Part shown: positions 51,867-64,000 of the stretch, in pieces
Layout of the letters: the number at the start of each line of letters is the position of its first letter
Numbering within the stretch: the stretch's first letter is position 1
DNA from: Octopus sinensis
Taxonomy: Eukaryota
Reading direction: 5' to 3'
Length of the DNA: 64,000 bases
NCBI RefSeq assembly: GCF_006345805.1
Contig: NC_042999.1
Span: forward strand, 88,784,001 to 88,848,000
Position numbers and translations under genes: made by a program
Notes under the pieces: model-generated
What the model saw: only the letters and a program-made list of their open reading frames with translations
Database searches by the model: none
Told to the model about the DNA's origin: nothing

Positions 51867-53524
51867 GTGAATTGACCCTCTAGTCATGGCGACTTACGCG
51901 GGGGTCACCGGGAAAAATAACGATTCGTCGATAATCATAAAGGAGGTTTTCTTTGAGAAGGATAAACTCAAAGAATATGAAAAGCTCTTCAAAAGGGAGG
52001 GTGATAGCGTGAAGCTAATCCCCCCCGCGAAAGCAAAAGAGGATAAAGAAAGCAAGACAGGGACATACAGAACCCAAGACAAAAATACGAAGAAACTGGC
52101 AAGAGTGGAGATAGTCGAAATTGAAAAATGTCTGGGAGACATAATGGGGAAAATAACCTACGTGAGTAGAGGCAAGAAATTTGGTACGGTGGAGGTGAGA
52201 TGTGCAACGGAAGAAATTGCGACCTCACTGGCTACCACCGTACTAAGAGCCGAAAAATTCACAATGTGGCCCTCATACAAGGGAAGAAGAGGGGTCCGGG
52301 TTAAAATCCCGAATATACCCCCAGAAGTGAAAACAGAATGGCTGGCAACAGCTATTCTAGGAGCAGCAGAAGAGGAAGTGGAGGTGGAATCTATTAAGGA
52401 GTCCAACGCGGTAAACTGGAGAGGATATGGGGTAGAATTGTGGTTGATGGCCACAAAAGAGGATATTGAAAGGTTTCCATACAGAATTGAAATTGAAGAG
52501 GAAAAAACCCTCAGCGTAATTGTAGAGGGGAGAAAACCAAACTGTTACTTGTGTGGGACAAGGGGGCACATTAAAAAAGAGTGCCCGTTATACGAATTCG
52601 TAGCGGAGTGCGAGCAGGAACTTGAAGAAAAGAAGAATACTGTAAATGAGAAAGAAAACATAGAAAAGGAAACAAAACAACAAGAGAAAGGAAATAATAA
52701 GTCAATGAAGGAAAAAGAAATAAAAGAAAAGAAAGAAATAGAACCAAAACAGAGTCAGGAAAAAAAAAAGGAAAAAGAAACAATAGGAAAAAAACAAGAG
52801 AGGGATCAGAATCAAACGAAAAGAAAAGACGGCACACAAAAGGAAAAAGAAAAGGAACATAAAACACGAGAGAAAGAGAGAACAGAGAAAGAACCAAAAA
52901 GACAAGAGAAGGAAGGAGAAAGAAAAGAAGGCAAAAAGAGAGAAAGAGAGAAACAAAGAGAGGAGAACAAGGAAGAAATAAGCCCGAAAAGGAAAATGAA
53001 GGAAAACGTAGGACGGAAACAAGATTACTATTACTACAAGTTAGTAACCTTCCATTTCTGCCCTGAAATGAAAGACTTGACATGTAAAACGGAGGGACAT
53101 ATATGGGTCAACAGGATGACCGATCGGTGGCAGGAGACTGCTCTAATCCCCGAAGAAAGAGTCGCTGAGTTCCTCAGAGCTGCCGGAGAGAGTGTAATAT
53201 TTTACACGAAGGTTCGAATGAGAGAGCGGCTGCCTGAGGGCTCAGTGATAGACTTCAGAGAAGTGGAAACTATGATAGAATACGTATAGAATTGTGAGAA
53301 GAAAAAAAAAAGAGAAAAAAGAAAATTTTGTGAAATATATGTGACGAAAATGTAACCTCTCGATTCCGGGGATCGAGTGGGCATTTACATCTCATTGTAA
53401 ATATTCTTTCATATGTCATTTTTTACTTTTATTTTTTCCTTTTCTTGTCATTCGCTTTCTTATTTTAAGTTCCCCGATTGTATTGTCCCATCTATGTTCG
53501 CCCCTAGTGGGTAATAAAGAAATA
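51867..53524 (+). mobile_element. ORF1-only (HAL1-like) non-autonomous retroposon
   Basis: ORF1 is followed by only ~235 bp, ending in GTCCCATCTATGTTCGCCCCTAGTGGGTAATAAAGAAATA; no ORF2. Confidence 0.7.
51886..53289 (+). CDS. Intact 467-aa retroposon ORF1/gag-like nucleic-acid-binding protein (RRM-like region, CCHC knuckle, K/E-rich linker, C-terminal domain)
   Basis: Uninterrupted ORF; N-terminal TYAGV (SYA..-type); CYLCGTRGHIKKEC = C-X2-C-X4-H-X4-C; architecture of L1/Tx1-type ORF1. Confidence 0.85.
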   Translation: MATYAGVTGKNNDSSIIIKEVFFEKDKLKEYEKLFKREGDSVKLIPPAKAKEDKESKTGTYRTQDKNTKKLARVEIVEIEKCLGDIMGKITYVSRGKKFGTVEVRCATEEIATSLATTVLRAEKFTMWPSYKGRRGVRVKIPNIPPEVKTEWLATAILGAAEEEVEVESIKESNAVNWRGYGVELWLMATKEDIERFPYRIEIEEEKTLSVIVEGRKPNCYLCGTRGHIKKECPLYEFVAECEQELEEKKNTVNEKENIEKETKQQEKGNNKSMKEKEIKEKKEIEPKQSQEKKKEKETIGKKQERDQNQTKRKDGTQKEKEKEHKTREKERTEKEPKRQEKEGERKEGKKREREKQREENKEEISPKRKMKENVGRKQDYYYYKLVTFHFCPEMKDLTCKTEGHIWVNRMTDRWQETALIPEERVAEFLRAAGESVIFYTKVRMRERLPEGSVIDFREVETMIEYV

Positions 53525-53772
53525 CCGATAGGATGTTACTTATTCATCGATACTCAAAAACTGAACTTTCACCAACTGAATACTCGTCATGTAGTGCCTT
53601 ACTGCTTTCTGCTGGATTTTACCTCGAGAAAGGAACCCTGAGGAAGGAGGGCTGAATTTCGAATACTTCGTACAACAAACGGCTGCAGGTTAGGAAAAAA
53701 AATTTAATCGCCTCTTTCAATTTAGGTTTTCATTTTTCATGTTTTTATTTGTATTTCATTGTTATGTTTATA

Positions 53773-54255
53773 TTGGGTTGTCCGGAAAGTTCGTTCCGAT
53801 TTTTAAAGGAAAGTACATCGTCACTAAATACTCTTCCCAGAATTGGGGTGGTTTCAAGGCAAATAATTCATCAAGGTATCTTTTTACGTCATCTAAGGAA
53901 TTGAAATTTTCACCATTAAGACTATTCTGCAGAGATCTGAATAAGTGGAAATCCGAAGGAGTAATATCTGGTGAATATGGAGGGTGGGGTAAGTCACCCC
54001 AGCCAAGCTGCAGCAATTTTTGTCTGGTTCCCAAAGCATCAAATGCCGATAATGAATTTTTCTCATCTTTTAATTTAAAGCGTTACAGAATTAACACAGG
54101 TTATTGGAACATAAACCTTCTTCCACGAAAAGATAGATTAAACTGTGCTCCAAATGGAGGTGTAGTCAAATCCTATTTTATGGACTCAAACATGTTCTAA
54201 AATAAGTCGAAAGATAAGCTACTATAAATCTGCAAGAACTTTCCGGACAACCCAA
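53773..54255 (-). mobile_element. Internally deleted mariner (483 bp) with both TIRs and TA TSD
   Basis: TA|TTGGGTTGTCCGGAAAGTTC ... GAACTTTCCGGACAACCCAA|TA; residual HPPYSPDITPSDFHLFRSLQN. Confidence 0.93.
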
Positions 54256-54655
54256 TATTTCTATATTTTTATCATGAAATTCTTAATATAAATATGTGGA
54301 TATTCGTATGGAATAATACCTCATGTGCTACATCTGAATTTTCTTTTCTGAATGTTTTAAGACAAATATCCGAAATTTTTATCGTATACCACATTTTATT
54401 AATACTTAGCTCATATACGGAGACAAAAATGTTGTACTATATACTGCAGGTTATCTCCATTAAAATTATATTTAGCATTAGAATTCTTCAAGTAGTATAA
54501 AAATGGTTATTGTCTGCATCATTCGAAAGCGAAATAAATTTTGCATAAGGTGTAAAAGATGAAAAATAATTTGTATGGTGTTAGTAACAAAATATTTTGT
54601 AAGAAATAGAAATTTTATCGTCTGTCTTAAATATATTTTCGCCAGTGTATATATC

Positions 54656-55382
54656 TCAGGTCATCCCATAAGTTCTGTCTGAATTTTGGATAAAGAATAC
54701 AAGTGATCAAATGTTATATTTAATTGAAAGTTAATCATCAATGTACTTTCCCTAATTATCTATGACTTACCTCCATCTATTTACAAGCTTTTTAATCCCA
54801 TCAACGTAAAACTCTTTTGGTTTGAAAGCGAAGAACTCTGAAATGTCAGGTTCGACCTCCCCCTGGCTTGCGAAAGTTGTATCCCCCTACTAATTCTGTA
54901 AACTATGAAACAAATGGTATCCTGAAGGAGTAAGGTCGGGAGAATAAGTTGGATGAAGAAATTTTTCCAAACCGACCCCTTCGATCTTCTGTGATGTGAT
55001 CTTTGCAGTGTGGGGTTGCGCATTGTCCTGATGAAACATCACTCGTTTTCAACTCACTAAAGCGGCTCTTTCTTCCTTCAAAGCTTGGTTCAAACGCTCT
55101 AATTGCTGACAGTAGACTTGAGCATTGATTGTTGCATTAGGTGGTAACAATATAAAGTGAATTACGCCTTTGCAATCGCACCAGATAGAGAGTAGAACCT
55201 TTTTCCCATGAAGTTCCCTTCTCGGTTGTGGTTGAGAATTTTCCCTTTTACCAAGCCACTGTTTACGACGTCTAACATTTCGATAGAAAATCCATTTTTC
55301 ATCACAAGTCTATCGAAAAAGGGTGAAATGAGTTTGCGAGAACGGAGAGAAGAGCAGATGCCAACTCGGGATTTGCGGTTGC
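54656..55382 (-). mobile_element. mariner transposase 3' relic, truncated by minisatellite
   Basis: HQDNAQPHTAK and YSPDLTPSGYHLFHSLQN motifs; TIR-like TCAGGTCATCCCATAAGTTCTGTC next to TA. Confidence 0.85.
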
Positions 55383-57194
55383 TTTACATACCTATATACG
55401 ATTTGCATATAGTTACATACCTATATACAATTTGCATATATTTACATACCTATATGAAATTTGCATATATTTACGTACCTATATAAAATTTGCATATATT
55501 TACATACCTATATACAATTTGCATATATTTACATACCTATATACAATTTGCATATATTTACGTACCTATATACAATTTGCATATATTTACGTACCTATAT
55601 ACAATTTGCATATATTTACATACCTATATACAATTTGCATATATTTACATACCTATATACAATTTGCATATATTTACATACCTATATATATGCAAATTGT
55701 ATATAGGTCTGTAAATATATGCAAATTGTATATAGGTGTGTAAATATATACAAATTGCATATAGGTGTGTAAGTATATGCAAATTGTATATAGGTGTGTA
55801 AATATATGCAAATTGTATATAGGTGTGTAAATATATACAAACTGTATATATGTATGTAAATATATACAAACCGTATATATGCATGTAAATATATACAAAC
55901 CGTATATATGCATGTAAATATATACAAATCGTATATATGCATGTAAATATATACAAATTATATATATGCATACAAATATATACAAATTATATATATGCAT
56001 ACAAATTATATATGTGTATATATGTATAAAAATTATATATATGTATATAAATGTATACAAATTATATATATGTATATAAACGTATACAAATTATATACAT
56101 GTATATAAACGTACACAAATTATATATATGTATATAAACGTATACAAATTTTATATTTGTATATAAATATATACAAAATATATATAATTATATATATAAT
56201 TTGTATATATTTATACACATATATATAAATATATACAAATTATATATATGTATATAAATATATACAAATTATATATATATATGTATATAAATATATACAA
56301 AATATATATTTGTATATATATATGTACAAATTATATATATGTATATGAATATATACAAATTATATATATGTATATGAATATATACAAATTATATATGTAT
56401 ATGAATATATACAAAATATATATATGTATATGAATATATACAAATTATATATGTATATAATATATACAAATTATATATATGTATATAACTAATACAAATT
56501 ATATATATATGTATATAATATATACAAATTATATATATGTATACAAATATATACAAATTATATTTATGCATACAAATAATACAAATTATATATATGTATA
56601 TAAATATATACAAAATATATATATGTATATAAATATATACAAATTATATATATGTACATAAATATATACAAATTAAATATATGTATACAAATTATATATA
56701 TGTATACAAATATATACAAATTATATATATGTATACAAATATATACAAATTATATATATGTATACAAATATATACAATTATATATATGTATACAAATATA
56801 TACAAATTATATATATGTATACAATTTATATATATGTATATAAATATATAAAAATGATATATATGTATATAAATATATACAAATTATATATATGTATATA
56901 AATGTATACAAATTATATATATGTATAGAAACGTATACAAATTATATATATGTATATAAACGTATACAAATTATATATATGTATATAAATGTATACAAAT
57001 TATATATATGTATATAAATGTATACAAATTATATATATGTATATAAATGTATAAAAATTATATATGTATATAAATGTATACAAATTATATATATTTATAT
57101 ATATATAAATGTATACAAATTATATATATTTTATAGTATATACATATATATATACATATTATATATATATATCTATATAAATGTATATTTATAT

Positions 57195-57242
<48 letters not shown>

Positions 57243-57250
57243 AATGTATA
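55383..57250. repeat. 29-bp minisatellite that inverts orientation at ~55686, then degrades into AT-rich variants
   Basis: TTTACATACCTATATACAATTTGCATATA about 10 times, then TATATGCAAATTGTATATAGGTGTGTAAA units, then TATATACAAATTATATATATGTATATAAA-type units. Confidence 0.92.
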
Positions 57251-58132
57251 CAATGTATACACTGTCCAACCCTTGCTACCACGGAAAACGGACGTTAAAC
57301 GATGATGATGATGATGATTCTCCGTATTTGTTTCTCTCTCCGTTCTCTCTCACTTTCCCACTCTCTTAGTTTTCTTATCTCTCGACTCTTCCTCGCTTCT
57401 CTTACTCTCTATCTTATCTATCTCTCCCATTTATAAACAACAGAAGATCTGAGTAAGTTGAGAAATAAAATATTTAGAAAGATCAATCAGAAATATGAGG
57501 CAGTGATAATGGAAAAGTCTGCTTCAAGGCAGACAGAAAAATGCTAACATTTAAAAGGGACAGACGGACTTGCGAGCTGACGAAAAATAATAAAATATTG
57601 GAAACCAAAGTTTTAAGGGATAGAATCTGAGGATAGTAGAGTCACCATGGCTGGCATTTCTTAACGACGGACAGCAACGTAGTGACAGTTTAACGACTGG
57701 CGTAAAATTTTCAACTTGATGTAAAAGAAAATTCGTAAACACCAAGTTTTGAAGTGATTCTTTCTCACGACAGTAGACTCACCATGGACTCTTTATCATG
57801 GACTCTTTATCATAGACGGCAACACATTGACGATTAAAAGGCTGGCGCAAATTTTTTAGCTTGATGTAACAGAGAATTCCTAAACACCCGCTCCTTTAAA
57901 TTTTAATCCCATTCCAGCCCCATTTAGACCCCTTTTCACATTTTGGTTAACATAACCCGATTTCATTCGGGTCTCCTGGGGCCGCATTTTATAAGATGAG
58001 GAATTTTGTCCTAGAGGTGACGCCTTTCATTTGAGGAAAAAAATAGTTGTCATGCAAACTTGCCAGCACTTTTAACATAGGTATGCATATTTTCAGCTGA
58101 ATCGACCGACTACGTAATGCACACATTATATA

Positions 58133-58175
<43 letters not shown>

Positions 58176-58559
58176 CTGTGTATGTGTGTGTGATGTTTTG
58201 TTTGTTGGACCAATGTATTAAGGTAGTATTGTTTTATTGTTTTAAAACGAAAGAGGCAATGTGTTCGTTTCAAAAATAAAAAATACAAACGTCCGCCAAT
58301 GGGAAGACAGTTCATATTCGATTAGAGCACTCTGGGTATAATCATAAAAGTGAAAAATGGAATTTTTAGGCAAATCAAACAGTGAAAAACCAAAAACAAA
58401 AACATTAAAAAAAAATATAATATATAAAATATAAAATTGAAAAATTTAAATTAAATTGAAAATAAAAATTATTAAATTATATTTATAATTTGTTTAAAAT
58501 ATATATATAACTATGAAAAAGTATGAGAAAGTTTAATATACATAACTACAGATATACAC

Positions 58560-58968
58560 TTTGTATATATACATTATATATACATATTATATATAGAACA
58601 CACACACCACACATACATTATATATACATATTTATATATAGAACACACCACACATACATTATATATACATATTCATATATAGAACACACACACACACATA
58701 CATTTATATATACATATTTATATATAGAACACACACACACACATACATTATATATACATATTTATATATAGAACACACACACACACATACATTATATATA
58801 CATATTCATATATAGAACACAGACACACACATACATTATATATACATATTTATATATAGAACACACACACACACATACATTATATATACATCTTCATATA
58901 CAGAACACACACACACACATACGTTATATATACATATTTATATATAGAACACACACACACATACATAT
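58560..58968. repeat. ~42-bp minisatellite CATACATTATATATACATATTTATATATAGAA(CA)n
   Basis: About 9 units read directly. Confidence 0.9.
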
Positions 58969-59351
58969 AAATGAACGCAAGAATATCTGATTCATAATAT
59001 TTGTTCTCATGCTCGTGTGTTGTTGGTGACAGACAGATACGTAAAAGAACGCCAATGTAATGGGAAGGTAAGAAACAGAGTGAGTGAAAAAGAGAGGAAA
59101 TAGCGAGAGTGACAGATACTTTAAATAACGGTAGTGGAACTATCAAAGTTATACATAAAGGGGAGTGAGAGGGTACAGGAGGAAATAGCGTGAGTGAAGA
59201 AGATGGCCCCTAGCAACCACACCTTTTAAGATAGGGATTTCTAAGGTAGCCCACGAGCTTCGTCACCTATTTCTACATGTCCCTGTAAATTTTGGAGCGA
59301 ATCGGACGGGACGTAGTGGCATTGAAAGCGATCCAAGCGGTATATAATATA

Positions 59352-59458
<107 letters not shown>

Positions 59459-59486
59459 TATATCTTATTATAATCTTATTATAATC

Positions 59487-60162
59487 TCTTATTATAAAAG
59501 GCAGATTTTATCTGCCTCCCTTTGTCAGTTATAGAAATCTACAATATAGGATTTCTTCAATTACAATTTACCTAGCATTTTTAAGAGTAGAATGCATCGG
59601 GTCATGCCAGGTCCAGTTTTTAAAATTTAAACTCCAATTAAGCAAAATTTACAGAAAACTCACATTCTGGTGTGTATGTCAAATGCTTTTCTTAGTGTGG
59701 GTTAAAGCACACGCATACGCAAACACACACAAACGGAGCGAACCGTTTCACTGACGCTATCATCCTAATTTCTCCTTTCTCTTTGCAAGTCTACCTTACA
59801 ACACTACTCAAAAAAAAAGAAAGCAGCAAACAGAAACAAATAAATACATAATGATTTACTCCTCACACAATTTCTTCAATTAGACTTTACCTATGATTTT
59901 TCAAAGAACTTCCATTGGTTCATGCCATACAAAATTCTTTCAATTTCACCCCCAATTAAGACAAAATTCGAGAAAACTCAATATTTTAACATTTCACTTT
60001 GAAGCCTTTACTCTGCCTATTACTCCTACTTCCTCTTTAGACACATAGACACGCTAATATATACGACAGTATCAACTGTTGACAGACATTGTAAGCTAAC
60101 GTGTGTGTGTGTGTGTGTGTGTGCGTGTGTGTCTGTGTGTGTGTGTGTGCGTGTGTGTGAGG

Positions 60163-60193
<31 letters not shown>

Positions 60194-61587
60194 ATAGGGA
60201 CGACCCATTCAGACTGGTCATCCGTTTTGCTAGAAGATCACCAATGCTACACCACTGGTTTTCAGTTCATATTAATCAAATTAATATTCACAAGAAGAAG
60301 GACTATTCATTATAATACATCAGTTCCATCGGACAACTGCACACACATTTGCCATTTTACACATGTATGTAAACAAATTCCTTTCTTTTAGAATTTCAAT
60401 TCATTTACTTTTTCAATTCATACAAAGTTTTTTAGGACGAATATAACATCTAAAGTTATCTCTAAGAAGCAGAAAGATCGCCCAAAAGTGTATATAGATA
60501 TTTAAATGTATTTATATATTCATCTATACACACATGTATGTATAACGTGTGTGTATATATTTCCATAGAGGTAACCATTCACTCCGCACAAAGTTTTTTA
60601 GGACGAAAATAACATCTAAAGTTATCTCTAAGTAGCAGTCGCCCAAAAGTGTATATAGACACACACATGTATGTATAATGTGTGTGTATATATTTCCATA
60701 GAGGTAACCATTCACTCCATACAAAGTTTTTTAGGACGAAAATCTTTATATATAAAAGAAAGGTTGTGTGTCTGTCTACTCCGATTTAGATTCCTAACTA
60801 CTCCCACATTTTGCGATGCAGTTTAACCAAAACCGAGTATCTTATAGTCGTGATTCATATCGAGCTCTTCTGGGTATTAGCGCGCGTCTACGATGAGTCT
60901 ACGATTTTACAAATAATTTACCATCATTTTTTCCCATTTTAATGCATTTTTTAAAATTAAGGGAAGTAACTCTCAAACTTCACACCAATATGCGTGCTCA
61001 TATGCGACGTAATATCACATCAGCAGCATTTCCTCACACCCTCATTGCACTTGGCGAAGCCAAAATACCAGGGTATGAAAATGGTAATATTGCCATCGAT
61101 TCCATTTGTACCATTGTTAAGACGCCTCCTGATCTCAGAGATGCAGTGTTCCCAGATCTACAAGCTAATTATCAGAATATGGATTGGATTGGCAAAAAGG
61201 CTATACTGGCCCCGAGGAATAAAACTGTTCACCATATTAATGATGAAATGCTAAAACTCATTCCTGGGGAAGTCTATGTATATCAGTCTATCGATACAAC
61301 TCCTGACCCAGAGGACGTCATCAACTATCCAATAGAGGTACTCAATTCCTTTGAGCACCCCGGACTACCACCACACATTCTCAAACTTAAAGTTGGTGCC
61401 CCTATAATGCTCATCAGAAATTTGGTTCCCCCAAAACAATGCAATGGCACACGTTTGATCGTTAAGTCCTTATCTCCCAGCGTAAACTTATATCAATATT
61501 TGCCTGAATAATCATCATCATTCAGTGCAATCATTAACAGTACTTTCAAGTAATTCATCCCCGAGCAACGCCGGGCAATTCTGCTAG
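59487..61587 (+). mobile_element. Composite Helitron unit 1 (outer TCTTATTATAAAAG 5' end, internal TCTTTATATATAAAAG 5' end at 60743, helicase fragment, CTAG)
   Basis: TC start, subterminal CCCCGAGCAACGCCGGG, CTAG at 61584-61587; joined directly to unit 2. Confidence 0.88.
60960..61490 (+). pseudogene. Helitron RepHel PIF1-family helicase C-terminal fragment
   Basis: KLHTNMR..AILAPRN..V..IN..ML..PGE..Y.SIDT..YPIEVLNS..PGLPPH.LKLKVGAPIMLIRNL.P..CNGTRL. Confidence 0.92.
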
Positions 61588-63543
61588 TCTTATTATAAAA
61601 GGCAGATTTTATCTGCCTCCCTTTGTCTCTTATAGAAATCTACAATATAGGATTTCTTCAATTACAATTTACCTAGCATTTTTAAGAGTAGAATGCATCG
61701 GGTCATGCCAGGTCCAGTTTTTAAAATTTCAACCCCAATTAAGCAAAATTTATAGAAAACTCACATTGTGGTGTGTAAGTCAAGTGCTTTTCTTATTGTG
61801 GGCTAGAGCACACGCACACACACACAAAAACGGAGCGATCTGATTCACTCACGCTATCACTCTAATTTCTACTCCTTTCTCTTTGCAAGTGTGCAACGAT
61901 TAAAGTGAAACTATTTCTATAAAACGAGAGAAGTGTACCTTAAACCACTACTAAAAAAAAAACACAGCAAACAGAAACAAATAAATACATAACGATTTAC
62001 TCCTCACACAATTTCTTCAATTAGAGTTTACCCATGATTTTTCAAAGTACTTTCATTGGGTCATGCCATACAAATTTTCTTTCAATTTTACCCCCAATTA
62101 AGACAAAATTCGAGAAAACTCAATATTTTAACATTTCACTCTGCATATTACTCCCACTTCCTCTTTACACACATAGACACGCAAATATATAAATAAAATT
62201 GTGAGCTATATAAATAAAATTGTGTGTGTGTGTGTGTGTGTGCGTGTGAGTGTGTGTGTGTGTGCGTCTGTGTGTGCGTCTGTGTGTGCGTCTGTGTGTG
62301 TGTGAGGGTGCGTGTGTGTCTGTGTGTGTGTGTGTGAGTGTGTGACAGGGATGAGCAAGTCAAACTGGTCATCCTTTTTGCTAGATCACCTAACATCTAA
62401 AGTTATCTCTAAGTAGCAGTCGCCCAAAAGTGTATATAGACACACACATGTATGTATAATGTGTGTGTATATATTTCCATAGAGGTAACCATTCACTCCA
62501 TACAAAGTTATTTAGGACGAATTGGACGAAAATAAGATCTAAAGTATATCCATGTAGCAGAAAGATCGCCCAAAAGTGTATATAGATATTAAAATATTTA
62601 TATATTCATCTATATACACATGTATGTATAATGTGTGTGTATATATTTCCATAGAGGTAACCATTCACTCCGCACAAAGTTTTTTAGGACGGACGAAAAT
62701 CTTTATATATAAAAGAAAGGTTGTGTGTCTGTCTACTCCGATTTAGATTCCTAACTACTCCCACATTTTGCGATGCAGTTTAACCAAAACCGGGTATCTT
62801 ATAGTCGTGATTCACATCGAGCCCTTCTGGGTATTAGCGCGCGTCTATGATGAGTCTACGATTTTAAAAATAATTTACCATCATTTTTTCCATTTTAATG
62901 CATATTTTTTTAAATAAAGGGAAGTAACATTCAAACTTCACACCAATATGCGTGCTCATATGCGACGTAATATCACATCAGCAGCATTTCCTCACACCCT
63001 CCTTGCACTTGGCGAAGCCAAAATACCAGGGTATGAAAATGGTAATATTGCCATCGATTCCATTTGTACCATTGTTAAGACGCCTCCTGATCTCAGAGAT
63101 GCAGTGTTCCCAGATCTACAAGCTAATTATCAGAATATGGATTGGATTGGCAAAAAGGCTATACTGGCCCCGAGGAATAAAACTGTTCACCATATTAATG
63201 ATGAAATGCTAAAACTCATTCCTGGGGAAGTCTATGTATATCAGTCTATCGATACAACTCCTGACCCAGAGGACGTCATCAACTATCCAATAGAGGTACT
63301 CAATTCTTTTGAGCACCCCGGACTACCACCACACTTTCTCAAACTTAAGTTGGTGCCCCTATAATGCTCATCAGAAATTTGGTTCCCCCAAAACAATGCA
63401 ATGGCACACGTTTGATCGTTAAGTCCTTATCTCCCAGTGTAAACTTATATCAATATTTGCCTGAATAATCATCATAATTCAGTGCAATCATTAACAGTAC
63501 TTTCAAGCAATTCATCCCCGAGCAACGCCGGGCAATTCTGCTA

Positions 63544-63544
<1 letters not shown>
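61588..63544 (+). mobile_element. Composite Helitron unit 2 (internal second 5' end at 62700)
   Basis: Begins TC immediately after the unit-1 CTAG and ends CTAG|T at 63544; same modules as unit 1. Confidence 0.88.
62930..63440 (+). pseudogene. Helitron PIF1-helicase fragment, second copy (1-bp frameshift near 63348)
   Basis: Nearly identical to 60960-61490; the ORF ends early at 63364. Confidence 0.9.
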
Positions 63545-63574
<30 letters not shown>

Positions 63575-64000
63575 AAGCTGAAGTTGTCTGGATATATGTA
63601 TGTATGTATGTGTGTGTATACGTATGTATGTGTAGAGACCTCTTTTGGCTCCACCTGAGTTTTAAAACTGAATGGGTAAATTTCCCCCTAACTATAGAGC
63701 CTTATTGTTCTGTTGAGGAACAATGTTGTTTTATTCAACCGATGGCCTTCCCAACATTTGATTGATGTATTTTCCTCTTGACCCATAACCCTTCTAGTTT
63801 GTAAAGGGTTTAAATAAATAATATAAGGGATCTTTACCCTTTCAACGGCAGATCGAGAAATATATTTTTTGTAACTAAACACTTTCAACCTTCGGACACT
63901 AACCCTAACCCTAATGTGTCATATAAAACATATTTTACTTTTAATGTTACTCTTGACCGCGGCCATGCTAGAGCATCGCCTTTAATCGAGCAACTCGACC

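Noticed and set aside
53639-53670. Possible hammerhead (CTGAGGA...GAAT)
   Set aside because: No GAAA and no convincing stem II.
60942-61511. Cellular PIF1 helicase gene
   Set aside because: Partial, intronless, duplicated and enclosed by Helitron termini.
63900-63914. Telomere-like (TAACCC)n
   Set aside because: Only about two units, inside an interspersed repeat fragment.

Overview
This is AT-rich, microsatellite-dense animal DNA. The SINE/LINE repertoire suggests an octopus or other coleoid cephalopod, which is an inference. I could not confidently identify any host protein-coding exon. The window is a mosaic of transposable elements: Tc1/mariner and piggyBac relics; L1/Tx1, RTE, R4/Dong, HERO-like and I-group LINE fragments; tRNA-derived SINEs; and several Helitrons. 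Bases 1 to about 40 kb are CpG-depleted, like a methylated gene body or intron. From about 40 kb CpGs are retained, with promoter-like motifs near 44.1 kb. Most notable: (1) a very young, structurally complete but non-coding 2.65-kb LTR retroelement (569-bp LTRs, tRNA-Trp PBS, PPT, 4-bp TSD) next to those motifs; (2) an intact 467-aa ORF1-only (HAL1-like) retroposon whose 3' tail matches a SINE in the window, plus a decayed relative; (3) up to three minimal hammerhead-ribozyme motifs, one with a nearly complete core; (4) a head-to-tail dimer of composite Helitrons carrying a PIF1-helicase fragment; (5) an RTE with a PHD finger inside its RT and an A/B 61-bp array in its 3' UTR. All calls are by eye; no searches or folding were run.
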